A DNA stretch of 63,824 nt, counting the filler, from Octopus bimaculoides (lineage: Eukaryota): NCBI RefSeq assembly GCF_001194135.2. It is 5 parts of 5 records of this genome, joined end to end, with 100 filler letters (N's around TTAATTAATTAA, not from the genome) between each part and the next. Parts side by side here need not be neighbours in the genome. Positions count along the whole stretch, not along the records: positions 1 to 31,014 come from NC_068986.1; positions 31,115 to 46,537 come from NC_068985.1; 3 more parts are not named here. The stretch is one strand, 5' to 3'. Made by a program: the position numbers and the translations under genes. Below, in pieces: positions 23,140-37,003 of the stretch. Position 1 is the first letter of the stretch. Every line of letters starts with the position of its first letter. Under the pieces are notes generated by a model. It did not search any database. It had not been told where the DNA came from and saw only the letters and a list, made by a program, of their open reading frames with translations.

Positions 23140-23860
23140 GAGGTGGTGAAGCACAACCTTCGAATATTAGGCTTCACTGAGGCAATGACTAGTGACTGAG
23201 ACCTTTGGAAATATGCTGTGCTTGAGAAGACCCGGCAAGCCAAGTGAGACCATAACCCATGGCCTATGCCAGTGATGTAACCAGCCCACTTAGGCGTACC
23301 TTTCCTTCATTGGACACTAAACTCTGCTTGCGAAGACCTGTTGAAGCAAGTGAAATCGAAATCAAAATCAAATTTGATGACAGCATTGCATGACTGGCAT
23401 CTGTGCTAGTGGAGCGCTAAGAGCACCATCCGAGCATGATTGTTGCCAGGGCCGCTGACTGGCCCTCATGCCGGTGGCAAATAAAAAGCACCATTCAAGC
23501 ATAATCATTACCAGTGTTGCCTTACTGGCACTTGTGCCGGTGGTACATGAAAAACAACATTCGAGTGAGGGCATTGCCAGTGTTGCTGGACTGGCTCCTA
23601 TGCAGGTGACACATAAAAACACCATTTGAGAGTGGCTGTTGCCAGTACCACCTGACTAGCCCTCATGCTGGTGGTATGTAAAAGCTCCCACTACACTCTC
23701 AGAGTGATTGGCATTAGGAAGGGCATCCAGCTGTAGAAACTCTGCCAGATCAGATTGGAGTTTGGTGCAGCCATCTGGCTCTCCAGTCCCTAGTCAAACT
23801 GTCCAACCCATGCTGGCATGGAAAGCGGACATTAAACGATGATGATGATGATGATGATGA
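23140..23860 (+). mobile_element. RTE LINE 3' end with complete 3' UTR and (GAT)n tail
   Basis: RPRKTWDEVVK..DLWKYAVLEKTRQAK*; UTR shared with 17802-18061 and 30179-30370. Confidence 0.88.
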
Positions 23861-24141
23861 AACTTGTAAAGTATGACCACTAAGTTCAAATTTGTAATTT
23901 CTCTCTCCCAGAGAGTTGGGTAAATTTTAAGAATCTAAAAACTACACATTCTTCTTAGCCAAAAGGTTACTTCTCTGTGTTTTAGAAATAGTTAGCAATT
24001 TGAAAAATTATAATCTCTGTACAATTTCCACTTTGAAGATTTATGTGTGTGTTTTGTACACATTTTCTGGGTCACAATCAACATCCATCCATCCATCCAT
24101 TGATTCTTCTCTCTTTCTCTCTCTCCTTTCTCCATATCTAT

Positions 24142-24222
<81 letters not shown>

Positions 24223-24227
24223 TACAC

Positions 24228-24265
<38 letters not shown>

Positions 24266-25039
24266 ATGTATGTATGTACAGGCCAACTTTCACTACCACC
24301 ACCACCATCTATCATCAATATATACAATGACAATCAATACTAAAACTAATATAACTACTGCCATTACCAATCCGCCGTCTCTTTAATGACCACCATCAAC
24401 AACATTGACAATGGTATGAACAAGATAAGAAACTTGATATACAATAAGAGACAACAATTTGAGATAATGACAATACCCTGGTGTATTTTGAAAGTTGAAC
24501 ATAATGTCTTTGATCTTAGATCAATGAGAACTGACTTAAAACTAAGCAGCAACAACAATACAATTAACAAGGATAATTTGACCACCACCATCACTAATGA
24601 TACAGCAATTATCACCAACATAAAAATCAGTACACCCAACATCTCCACTGCTGCCAACCCTTTAATTTTGAATAATCAATGGCAATAGCAGTAATAGTAT
24701 TGGGATGATAGTAATATCTGTAGCTACATATATTGTATGTCATTACAATAGATGTGCGTGTGTGTATTTTTGCTTGTGTGTTTGTGAGAAGAGTGTAGAG
24801 TTTTTATGGCTCAAATCAGACATCCAAAGAGTAAAGTGGCCATGAACCTGTTAACCCTTCAACAAAGTGTAATCCAACAGTACTTCCTTGCCTTTCATTC
24901 TGTCACTTTTTCCTGTTCATATTTTCATCTTTACATCCATGAAATAAGACAATTGTTTTACTCTCATAAAACAGTTCTTTCTCGGTGGTATTTTTTAAAT
25001 ACATATCTGTTGTGAATAAATGTTGATCACTGCCACTGA

Positions 25040-26480
25040 TCGACTTACCTACAGTTCAAGATGTCAAGAGAGAAGCCATCGAGTGCACCTGAAAGTTATT
25101 GTAGGCTTGATGTGGAAGAAAAAATCAGCCACATTGCCAAAGCATTAAAGCCTGCAATGTCTACATTGAGAACAGTATGTGACAATACAGACAAAATTAA
25201 GTCATGTACTTAAGAAGTTACTCTGTTAACTGCTTGAACCTTATTTTTTTCATAGATCTAAAATAATTCTTAAAATGGGACAGCTCTTGGGTGTATGGAT
25301 CAAGAGCAGACTTGGCACATTGTGTTGATAAGCATGATAATAATTAAAAACAGCCAGAAGTTTATATGAAGGTTTTCAGATAATGGGAGGTAAAATTTCT
25401 TATGGAAAAATTTTTTCTGGCTAGTAAAGGCTGGTTTCAGAAGGTTTAAGAAGCACATGCATTTGCATGACATAAAAATGACTGGTAGAACTGCTAGTGC
25501 TGATACAAAAGCTGCTACTTATTATCTTGAACGGCTGAAAAAATGTTACTGCTAAAGAGGGCTATGCATTGCAGCAAATATACAATGTTGAGGATATTGA
25601 ACTTTACTTGAAGCTCATGCCTGCTAGAACTTTTATTTCTCATGAAGAAATATCAACACTTTGATTTAAAGATGCCAAAAACTGTTCGATGCTTTTTCTA
25701 AGAGGAAGTGCCACTTATGATATGAAATTAGATTCTCTACATGTGCATCATTTTCAAAGGTTATGTATAGTTTAATTTACCTGTGATTGGAAGTTTAAAT
25801 AAGAAGGCATGTATTACTAAGAGCCTTTTCAAAGAGTGGTTTACTAACACTTTTGTCCTGTTGCAGAAAGGCCTATCACCAGACATTTCTCCAATAAAGC
25901 ATCACTCCTTTTAGACAATGCATCAAGCAAACCAATGAACCTAAATGAGTCTTCTGATCACATGAGAGTAGAATACATCACCAAATATACAACTTCTTCG
26001 CTACAGCCAGTGGATCAAGGTATGATAGTTAACTTCAAGGCATATTGTCTGAAAAGCACTTTCAAACAGTTTATGAAAGCAATTGACAGGAATTGCAATT
26101 AGAGACTTCTGGATGATGTTCAACATAATGGATGCTTGGGATAACATTACTGAAGTGAGACCCTCAACTATGAATGGAAAAATATACAGTTTGTTTGTAT
26201 TCATGGAATACAAGTTTCCCACAAGCAGAAAGTCTACTTCAAATTCAGAAAGATGTGATGCTTGCAAATGATATAGTTTGAAGAAGTCAAATGGGATGAT
26301 GTGGTTGAGTCGCTAGTGCCCCATAGATAATGTTTATCTAATAAGGAGCTAACACTGTTGGAACAAAAGCAAACTGAGAATACAGATGATAATAGAGAAA
26401 TTCCATTAACTCCACTTACATTGACTTCAATGAGATGCTCCAGTATGGTCACAGTGCAATGACTGAAACAAGCAAATGAT
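25040..26480 (+). mobile_element. Tigger/pogo (CENP-B-like, DDE_1) transposase remnant
   Basis: ASKGWFQRFKK, MTG.TASADTKAA, QQIYNV, KLMPARTF, LLLDNASS, SSLQP.DQGMIVNFKAY; many stops and frameshifts. Confidence 0.85.
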
Positions 26481-27519
26481 AAAACATAAAAGATAGTAGA
26501 CTGAGTTAGTTTTTTTTTGTTTTTTTTAATATGCAAGACCATATCTCACATAACAGTTATTTCTTCCTCTGTAGCTTATACAGGCCTTTTGAAAATCACC
26601 AACACTCTAATATGAAATATAACTGTGTAACAAACAATGAAGTGTCCCAAGAAGATAAAAATCATAGCTGGTATGTCATTTGAATAGTCAGTTAATATTT
26701 CAGGTCAATGACTTTAAGTTGACTACTTCACTACTTGATCTCAAGAGCCATCCAAATTTCCATCACCATCTGCATTCAGATTTGAATTTCCTAATAAGTA
26801 AAACATGAAGTCCTGAGCCCCTTTTTAATTTAGCTACAGATATTTCCGCACAAAGGAAAAACAAAAGGCAACCTAGACTGAAATAGAAGTATTGACTTCA
26901 TATCATATGGAGGATTGGTACCACTCAAAGATTGTCCTGACTTATTTCCGTTGTTTATCTGCTCTTCATTCTAGTGTAACATCCTCAATTTTTAAGAAGC
27001 ACACTTTAGCCAGACAATCCTTTGCTATATCAGTGCAACTCACTTATAAAATAAATCCTCACACCTTAGTGTCCAAAGGAAATACTTTAAACAACACATA
27101 ACACATTATTATATATTCTACAATTTATGTCATTACTGTGTAGGTTACGTGCACACGAGAGCATCTTATATGGATATAAAAAAAACAACATCATCTTTTT
27201 ATTTTTAAACTAAGGATTGGAAATTGTTTACTGGTTGAATTATCTATGTATAAACAACTCTTGTAAACAATAACATCTTCATTTAAGTGTTGTTTTGTTG
27301 CAGCTAAAATTACATAAAGTAATGATTTGACAATTAATTACATCAAGGTTCAAGTTACAGTTTACCCTAAATCCTCTAACATGGAAAAATTTTAATATTT
27401 CAGGACCATTTTCTTCATCTTAGTGGCTTCAAAGACTGATAAAATAATGCTTAGTGGCTTAGTGGCTTCAAAGACTGATAAAATGCTACATTGCTCATAT
27501 TTGATATTTATGTTATAAG

Positions 27520-27613
<94 letters not shown>

Positions 27614-27700
27614 TAAAGTATATAATTATAAATATAATTATAATTAAGGGCTCTGGAATGCCAGTGCCTATATGCTAAAAAGTAGATGTCAAATATCTAC

Positions 27701-27852
27701 AATCCACTCTAAATCAGTTCTCTAATTTTCTAACCCTGAGCCGAATGCAAAGAAGTGGGCAAGAGGATAAACAAAATTTTATTTATTTTCTTGCCCATTT
27801 CCTCACATTCGACCTAGGGTTAAAAAATTAGAGAGCTGATTTAGAGTGGATT
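27701..27852. repeat. ~152-bp imperfect palindrome (fold-back MITE core)
   Basis: AATCCACTCTAAATCAG..GGGCAAGA is mirrored by TCTTGCCC..CTGATTTAGAGTGGATT; ~10-nt loop. Confidence 0.9.
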
Positions 27853-27877
27853 GACACATAAATACATATATCATAAG

Positions 27878-28035
27878 TCTTGTGAGTGTATTTGGTAGAC
27901 AGAAACTGAAAGAAGCCCATCATATATAGCCTGAGGCTGTAGTAGAAGACATTTGCCCAAGGTACCATGCAGTGGGACTGAACCCAGAAACATGTTCTTG
28001 GGAAGCAAGCTTCTTACCACACCGCCACTCCTGCA

Positions 28036-28040
<5 letters not shown>
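27878..28040. mobile_element. SINE family B fragments in opposite orientations
   Basis: Plus fragment 27878-27925; minus head 27928-28040. Confidence 0.65.
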
Positions 28041-28070
<30 letters not shown>

Positions 28071-28499
28071 TTATTTATTTATTTATTACAGAAAGTAAAG
28101 TAATTTTTGAATGTGGGAAAGCTGTGAAAACAGTCTAGAAAAGTGTGCTAATATTCCTAGAAGACAGGAAAATGTTGCCAAGAAGTGACTACGGAGAATC
28201 AAACCCTATACCTGAGAGGTGGCATAAGCATCATAATTTGGAAAGAGAATGAGATACAAGTGGAAATAGAGGAAAGGGATTGACTATGGAGAGATATGTC
28301 TTTTCTCATTCACCACTAGTAAGAGGCAATGAATATGAGAAGAGATGATAGAAAAACGAGGGTTTACCAGATAAGCAAATGGGGCATCAAATAGGGATTT
28401 AGTAGTTACAAGTGAATGAAAGGCACAAAACTTGATATGTTTTCTGGCCCCATCACTGACTGTCCCCTATTATAACAAACAGACTTGCATGAGGAACCA

Positions 28500-29500
28500 A
28501 GCTTCTCAAGTATTGCACATCACCAGTCAGCATAATTCTTAATCATTTTCTTTGATCCTAGTCCTTCTAAGTCTCTCTTCTCAATAAATTCCAGTCAATC
28601 TGAATGTGAAGCACTTGCATTACATATTTATACTAGTGTAATCTTCTTCAAGCTTTTCTGGCTTTGCATATCACCAATCAATATGGACCTTTATCCTTTT
28701 CTTTAAGCTTAAGATCAGTTTTTACCACTTTGATCCAAGTTTTCCTGAGTCTCCCTCTTTCACAGGTTCTAGTCCTTTTGTACGTGCATCACACCCTTTT
28801 ACAACTGTCATCTTCCATATGCATCACAAGCACATACCACTGCAATTCTCCTTATTGAACACTACATGTGATTCCTCTTATAACCAGTTTTCTCACAGTT
28901 TATTTGTACTTCAACGTTTATGCACTCTAACATTGCACATCCAGTGACGTATGCCTATTTTGTTTCTTTCTAGTCTTCTCAAGATCTCTGCTATGTTGTC
29001 TTGTAGCACAATGCTGCAACTCTCATTGCCAGACAACAATGCACTTCACAGACAAACACCATACAATCTATCTTTCACTCTGTGAGAGAAGCCCTTTGCT
29101 GCCAGTAGAGATATTAGTTCCTTAAACTTTTTTTTCCAGCTCGTTCTTACTCTAGCTACTACACTTTCAGTATGTATGCAACCACCACCACCTCAACCCC
29201 ATTAATTAGGTTACCTAATTAACAGCTACTGACTAATTATAGGGCACCATCATAGCATTTGAGATAATCTATTTCTTGAGTGTTCCTCAGAGCTTATTGC
29301 CCCAGTGCACTTGCTACATACGAAGTCTTTCTTCTCTGTGAGTCTACCTGTAATCCCACTACACTTATGTGTATCCATTTTCAACAAGGAGCACACATCA
29401 TAGAATTCCTATCCACCCCTTTCCTGCATGCTGCAAATGACTATTTTTCTGATGGTAGCAGGGTCCTGTCTTCTTTCTTACATACCAAAACTAGATAAAA
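28500..29500 (-). mobile_element. Degenerate RTE LINE (Cys-finger region to ORF end)
   Basis: Minus-strand remnants of ACRKGVDRNS..C..C.KWIH and WY.LVMHMEDDSC..GR.RKTW. Confidence 0.65.
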
Positions 29501-30178
29501 TTTCTAATTTGTTGTTTTCTGAAATACTTTTACCTTGATTGGTTTATCTTCTGATTCTAAACTCACATGTCGTACATGATCTAATTCACCCTACTCTTTC
29601 CCCTTCTTTTTAATCTTTCATACATACATATATACATCTATATATATATATATATATNNNNNNNNNNNNNNNNNNNNNNNNNNNNNNNNNNNNNNNNNNN
29701 NNNNNNNNNNNNNNNNNNNNNNNNNNNNNNNNNNNNNNNNNNNNNNNNNNNNNNNNNNNNNNNNNNNNNNNNNNNNNNNNNNNNNNNNNNNNNNNNNNNN
29801 NNNNNNNNNNNNNNNNNNNNNNNNNNNNNNNNNNNNNNNNNNNNNNNNNNNNNNNNNNNNNNNNNNNNNNNNNNNNNNNNNNNNNNNNNNNNNNNNNNNN
29901 NNNNNNNNNNNNNNNNNNNNNNNNNNNNNNNNNNNNNNNNNNNNNNNNNNNNNNNNNNNNNNNNNNNNNNNNNNNNNNNNNNNNNNNNNNNNNNNNNNNN
30001 NNNNNNNNNNNNNNNNNNNNNNNNNNNNNNNNNNNNNNNNNNNNNNNNNNNNNNNNNNNNNNNNNNNNNNNNNNNNNNNNNNNNNNNNNNNNNNNNNNNN
30101 NNNNNNNNNNNNNNNNNNNNNNNNNNNNNNNNNNNNNNNNNNNNNNNNNNNNNNNNNNNNNNNNNNNNNNNNNNNNNN

Positions 30179-30367
30179 GCGGGTGACACGTAAAAGCACC
30201 CACTACACTCTCTGAGTGGTTGGCGTTAGGAAGGGCATTCAGCTGTAGAAACTCTGCCAAATTAGATTGGAGCTTGGTGTTGCCATCCGGTTTCACCAGT
30301 CCTCAGTCAAATCGTCCAATCCATGCTAGCATGGAAAGCGGACGTTAAACGATGATGATGATGATGA

Positions 30368-30370
<3 letters not shown>
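30179..30370 (+). mobile_element. RTE 3' UTR/tail
   Basis: Near-identical to 17870-18061. Confidence 0.85.
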
Positions 30371-30413
<43 letters not shown>

Positions 30414-30687
30414 TATTCTGTGGTATAAAAAGCATAAAATGCTCCATAGTGTTTGAAGTGAGTGCGTATTATGATATTTGGCATATGTAAAGGTAAACAA
30501 GATTGTATAGCTGAAACTAAGATTCACTCAGTCTATGGATCAGCAGGATATATCAAAGGATTGGGAACAAACCCTTTGGTGTATCTGTTAGAACAAAGAC
30601 TGATTGAATGAAACCCTGCTTTTGATATATAATCCTGTTTATTTTGCATATGAAAACATAGGCAAACAGACATACATATTTATAATC

Positions 30688-30781
30688 TACTAGCAGAAAT
30701 ACCCGGCGTTGCCCGGGTTAAAGAGAATAATGAAATCTAAAAACGCCGTCTAGACTACGCATCATCTTTATATATAGAGAT
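30688..30781 (+). mobile_element. Short Helitron/Helentron-like non-autonomous element
   Basis: ACTAGCAGAAATACCCGGCGTTGCCCGGGT start with short hairpin and TTTATATATAGAGAT end, resembling DINE/HINE-type elements. Confidence 0.55.
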
Positions 30782-31237
30782 GTATATACACACACACACC
30801 CAAACACACGTATATATATATATGTATATCAATATAAATATATGAAAGTCAATGAAGTTTCGTAAAAGAAGGTGATCATGTACATACTTTCTTGCTGTTG
30901 TGATTATAACACCTCATTGTAAACTATGTTCCTTGTTTTCCCTTGTGGAGCATATACAAATAGGTTTTTTGTTGCTGCCTACTCTTGAGCAGCCAACATA
31001 CAGTTGTCCATGTGNNNNNNNNNNNNNNNNNNNNNNNNNNNNNNNNNNNNNNNNNNNNTTAATTAATTAANNNNNNNNNNNNNNNNNNNNNNNNNNNNNN
31101 NNNNNNNNNNNNNNTTGTTTTTTTTTCTGCTTTGTTTTCGACCCCCTCGAAAAGAAAAACTCTACATTTGTATTTTGTCCCCTCTGTGTTGAGCCCTGTG
31201 TGGCTAATAAAGAAACCTATCTATCTATCTATCTATC

Positions 31238-31310
<73 letters not shown>

Positions 31311-33684
31311 ATTTAATCTTAACATGAACAAGCAAGAAAAAACACGAATAAACAACAACGCGAGGACATGGAATAAGTACAGTGTTATTGGGCGCTCGGG
31401 AAAGGAAAGAAAAGAAAGAGGATCTCACGTTTCGAGCGGAGCTCTTCATCAGAAATATAGAAAAAGTCCAAAGAAGGGAAGACGGAGAAAGAAAATCACC
31501 AACGATACACACGCAGTCACATATTGAAAATGTATATATAATCATAAGCAACAGGATATCAAGTAGTGATGCAGTACAACCGTTTCAAGCGGCTCCATTT
31601 CATTAAACAATGTAAACATTACATCCATTTAAATGCAATGTCATCTCCAGCTGCACAAATAAATAAATGGAATTTTAACCAGTCGGACACATTAATATAA
31701 CTTTTCTCAAATACTTCAACAGAACAAGAAGATGGAAGAAATTCATGTTGTCGCTATTGTGGCTAAGAATAGACTACACTTTCAAGAATCGCATGAAGCC
31801 CATTGGGGTCAGAGCTTGTAAAGGATTGTAACTCATTTCTAATTCATTTATCTCTTTATCAACTACTAAATCTAACACTAGAAGAATGTGTCTGTTTTGA
31901 ATAAAGGACAAGAGTGAGTTGACAGCTCATGGTTAGCTATGGTCATAAATATTGCCATATGCATCCCTTTTCCCCTGGGAGGAAAGAAGACATTACGAGT
32001 AGCCAATTGGATATAGAGTAACTGTCTATAAAAGGAGGCTGGGTAGGGGAAGACTCTAAATCATGATGCTAATTACCAGATAAAAGGGCAAATCGCTAAG
32101 AAACCTAGGATGTTAATACAGAGGAAATTTTATCTTGGGGCACTATGAGTGATTGTTTATAAACAATATTTTTATGTTGTATAAAATTTGAGATTTTCAA
32201 AAATGATATCATAACCAAAATAGGTAAAATGTGTGTATATCAATTATAAACATTAAAAAGGAAAGATTACATAGAAGCAGTTTAATATTCATTCATGTAC
32301 TTATTAGGTGGTTTCTATAAAGACTGCTCAGGGCATTTACTTATGGAATAAGTGGAAAGATAAATATGCTATCTATATATTAATTTTAAGCCATGAATCA
32401 GAAAAGAAATAAAGATGTGTACAGATACACACACGTATATATGTGCACACATGAACACATACACATATACAAATATTCATACGCTTACATATATATAGAA
32501 TAACAATCTCGCATAGACTTAAGTAACTGGGAAGGATCTATTTACGAACACGAAAAGTAACAACTTATAAAGGATAAGAGGTTAATAGCTTATGCGCATA
32601 TATACACATACACAAATATTTATACATTTATATGGATATAGTATAATCATCTCGCATAGACTTAAGTAACTGGAGAAAATCTATCTAAGAACAGTTATAA
32701 TTTATAAGGGATAAAAAATTAATAGGTGAGGATATCAAAATAAGAATTCATAGAAAATAATAAGAAATGCATATAACCTGCATTTAAAGAGAAAATGGAT
32801 TAAAATTTGAATTAGGGAAAAGATAAAGGAAACCCGAAAAGAGGGGATAGTACGTATGGACGTAGTGAGAGCAGTTAAAGGTATTTAGATCGAAGAGATT
32901 TTATAAGTTGTAATGTTACAGGTGCTATTGTCTATATAATTTTATAGTTTCTAGGGGGAATATAATTTAGTCGAAAGGAGACTTACTTCCATAAAATCAC
33001 TACAAGTATACATAATACTATCAGTAGGTTAGAACATCATAGAAAGGAAAGTAGTATAATCGCCAAAATAGGATGAAGTCAGACTAACTAGGCAGGAATT
33101 ATCATGGGATAGTATTACATATAGTATACCACATATCATAACGTATAGCTTATAACATATGCAATGCAATTTAATTCAATTTAATTTCTTTTATTTGTGA
33201 AGCTGAAGATTGCACTGCATTTAAATTGATGTAATGATTACATTGTTCAATTAAATGGAGCCGCTTGAAACGGTTGTATTGCACTAATACTTGACATCCT
33301 GTTGCTTATAATGATTTTACTCACCTTACTTCGAGCTGTGCGGATAATACCGAACTGACTTGGTGCTTCAACTTAAGTACCTAATTCAACTGAATCCCAA
33401 TTATTTATANNNNNNNNNNNNNNNNNNNNNNNNNNNNNNNNNNNNNNNNNNNNNNNNNNNNNNNNNNNNNNNNNNNNNNNNNNNNNNNNNNNNNNNNNNN
33501 NNNNNNNNNNNNNNNNNNNNNNNNNNNNNNNNNNNNNNNNNNNNNNNNNNNNNNNNNNNNNNNNNNNNNNNNNNNNNNNNNNNNNNNNNNNNNNNNNNNN
33601 NNNNNNNNNNNNNNNNNNNNNNNNNNNNNNNNNNNNNNNNNNNNNNNNNNNNNNNTGTGTGTGTGTGTGTGTGTTATAAGTGCA

Positions 33685-33985
33685 GAGGTGGCTGTGTGGT
33701 AAGAAACTTGCTTCCCAACCACAACTCGGCTTCAGTCCCACTGCGTGACACCTTCTGCAAGTGTCTTCTTCTATCGTCTCGGACCGACCAAACCTTGGGA
33801 GGGGATTTGGTAGACAGAAACCGAAAGAAGCTCGTCACATATATATATGTGTGTGTGTGTGTATGCGCGTGTGTGTGTGTGCGTGCGTGTATGTGTGTGT
33901 GTATTTATATCTATGGGTGTGTACCTCTTTATCTGTGTTTGTCAATCTTCACTGCTTAACAAACCATGCTGGTGTGTTTACGTCC
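33685..33985 (+). mobile_element. SINE family B
   Basis: Family B head and body. Confidence 0.75.
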
Positions 33986-33989
33986 CAGA

Positions 33990-34860
33990 AACAATAATAC
34001 TCCCATGCATCCCCACACACAACCCTAGAAACAATGAGGCCTTCAACATTATCATCCAAAATCTACCTATCCCCACAGGAGATAAAACAATGAACAAAAT
34101 TTTAGGCTCATACAAAATTATCAAGAGCAAAATGCAACCGAAGTCATTGAAAAAATATTAACGAACGCAAGACTATATCCATTAACAACGGAACCAAAAG
34201 GGAAAAAATACGATCAGCCTAATTGTGACACATGCCCCCATCTTTCGGAGGGTACAGAGTTCCACTTTAAACGAGGTGAATTAGTTAACATAAAATCAAA
34301 TTTCATCTGTGCCTCGGAAAACCTAATCTATGCCATTAACTGCTTTGGGTGCGGTAATCATTATATTGGCCAAACAGAAACGTCACTCCGACGAAGAACA
34401 ACTCTTCACAAAGAACAAATCCGTTACCAACAATTAAAACGGTTACAGGTCATTGAACACATAGAAAGGTGTACTAGGAACCTTAATCCTAACTTCCAAA
34501 TTTTCCCTTTATATCAATGTTTACAGAACACCTCAGTTCAAAAAAGAATGAATAGAACACATAACATAATATAGAACACTACTAACCTTACCATTAATAC
34601 CACTAATTCCCGTACATTCCATACACCATTCATATTACAGTATTACATCTACCCTAATTGCACCACTCCCAGAACTACTTACCTCCTTTGCATATAATCC
34701 TTTTACTCAGAGACTAGTAGACCCGACACCGCTTGGTAATCACTGTGCCTTCAAAGCCAGTGAACAGCAATTGACGAAACTGGTATGACTTTGAAGCCTT
34801 TTAACAATTCAAAATAATGACGTTTATTCCTCTTAATTCTACCTCAGTTCATCTAATCGT
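33990..34860 (+). mobile_element. Penelope-like element 3' fragment (Neptune-like Cys linker + GIY-YIG) with downstream terminal-repeat region
   Basis: NPRNNEAFNII..IIKSKMQPKSLKK; PNCDTCP..NFICASENLIYAINCFGCGNHYIGQTETSLRRRTTLHKEQI. Confidence 0.85.
34749..34796 (+). ncRNA. Hammerhead-like motif with G3:C8 core
   Basis: CTTCAAAGCCA-GTGAACA-GCAATTGAC-GAA-ACTGGT-A-TGACTTTGAAG. Confidence 0.6.
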
Positions 34861-34996
34861 ATATATTTATCGTTACTTTTCATAAAAAAGCCTTTATTTT
34901 TTTATATCCAATGTGCATTTTCGCTTTTTTTTCTTCTTACTTTCCTCATATATATATACCACGTGTAGTTTATTTTTCTCTTTGAAACCTATTTCC

Positions 34997-35045
<49 letters not shown>

Positions 35046-35689
35046 ATACATACATACATACATACATACATACTCTTGCGGTGTAACGATTGCTACCGAG
35101 TTCCATGAAGATAATACTTTATCTATGGAACATTCTTTCTAGTTCTTGAACATAAAGATAGCATTTGTCTTTGGTAACACGTTTCTATTCTATATTTTTA
35201 TCTTTCGTTTTCTACCATTTCTTGTTGGGCGAATATGTTGGAATTTTTGCGAAGAAAAAACGGCAATTGTGCACTCACTGTTGAGTACTGAGTTACCTTG
35301 CTGCGAATATTGTACCTTATCATGAGAAAATCATTTCTCCGGTTTCAGAACTTACACATAAAGAAGATCATGTACTGTGTGGAACTTCTCTTCAGTCATT
35401 GTTTCATTACTAAAATCTTTTCAAACCACTTCCACTTAACAATTGATTCGTCCTCTCTTCATGTTCAATCGAAGGTCACACGCAAACGGTTACCTAGGTT
35501 CAAATAAATAAAAGAAGCTACCTACCCTATTATTTGCTTGATTGGAAAATGAAGGAATTATATACTGTAGTGTCCATTGTAGACAAATAAAAGTGCACAA
35601 GTTCTGCTAAATTTAATTTTAACTTTCATTTAGTTCTCGGCGTTTCAAAATTCTGGTTCCATGACTGCAATTGTTCACTGACACAAATT

Positions 35690-35892
35690 TTGACACAAGG
35701 CCAGTAACTTTGGGGGAGAGGTAAGTCGATTACATCAAACTCAGTGAGTAACTGGTACATATTTTATCGACGCTGAAAAGGATGAAAGCCAAAGTCAACC
35801 TCTGTGGAATTTGAACTCATAACATAAAGATGGACGAAATGCTGCTCGGCATTTAGCCCGGTGCACTGACGACTCTGCAAGCTCACTGCCTT
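35690..35892 (-). mobile_element. SINE family C
   Basis: Reverse complement of the family C core. Confidence 0.75.
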
Positions 35893-36869
35893 GTACAACA
35901 AGAAAATAACTTAAAATACACTTTTAATGATCAAAACTATATTCGGTTGTTTCGGGTTGCAGTTTAAGTCTCATGTTGGTAAGACTGTTGAGTGCTTTCT
36001 TTCTCCTACCACTTCCAAAAAAAGCAAATATATTTCGAAAGTGATGCTATATTGCGCATATTTGCATATTTACGTACTTAAACGAATGGAGGCGTGAAAA
36101 ATAAATATTAAATCTAATTTTGTTCAATTCCATACGCGTTTACTATATACCGATTTTGTATCTTTAAATATAATTTTTTCTATCAATCATTTTCCATTAA
36201 AAAGGCATCTATTCGTGATTCTGAAATTACGTTAGCGATGGGTTGTTTGTGCGTTGTTTATAGATTTTTGTTAGTGATTAGAAGTGTGCAATCCTATGTT
36301 ACCACTATAACAATAGTTGTCCATTGCTGAAAAACATGCTTTCACCATATCTCATGTTTTAAATTTTTTTCCTTAACAGCAAAACATGTTTTAAATCATA
36401 ATGGGGCGCAGTTAGTCTCTGGGAATTGAGACGGATAATTTCATCATCAAATTTTATCATTAAGTCAATCGAAATTTTTTTGTTGTCAAGTCAAACAGAA
36501 ATTCCTTATGAATTTGAAGAATTTTTTTACCTTAAAAATTGCTAATACATTGATAAACGCAATGCAAAATCTTTCAAAAATAAATATTTCGTGCTGTTTG
36601 ACAAATCGATCGTACAAAAGTAAAAGTCTAAAGACCGAATAAATCTAGCGTATATTTTATCAAATTATTTCTTTACAATAAATATGTACATAAATATGTA
36701 TGTAAGATACAGAAACAGTTTGCTGTCTTATCTCGTTATAAGCACACATGTATGTATACACGCAACCACAAGTACATATACACACAGAAATTTATATTTG
36801 CACCTAAGTGGAGAATTTCACTTTTAAGTATCCTGTACTATAAAAAAAAAATGACTCTTCCAGTTTTTA

Positions 36870-36918
<49 letters not shown>

Positions 36919-37003
36919 TAACAAGGGTAGAAATTGATATTAATCAATTAAAACTAGTGGCTTAGCATATTTAAAAAATCCGAAGGTTAAAAATTCTGTT
37001 ACA

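Noticed and set aside
31059-31070. TTAATTAATTAA islands inside N runs (also 46582-46593, 55919-55930, 61575-61586)
   Set aside because: Each is centred in an exact 44N+12+44N block: an artificial all-frame-stop gap spacer, not biology. True gap sizes are unknown.
32455-32740. ~135-bp diverged direct duplication; also a 26-bp duplication at 27420-27484
   Set aside because: Ordinary local tandem duplications with no further structure; not CRISPR-like.
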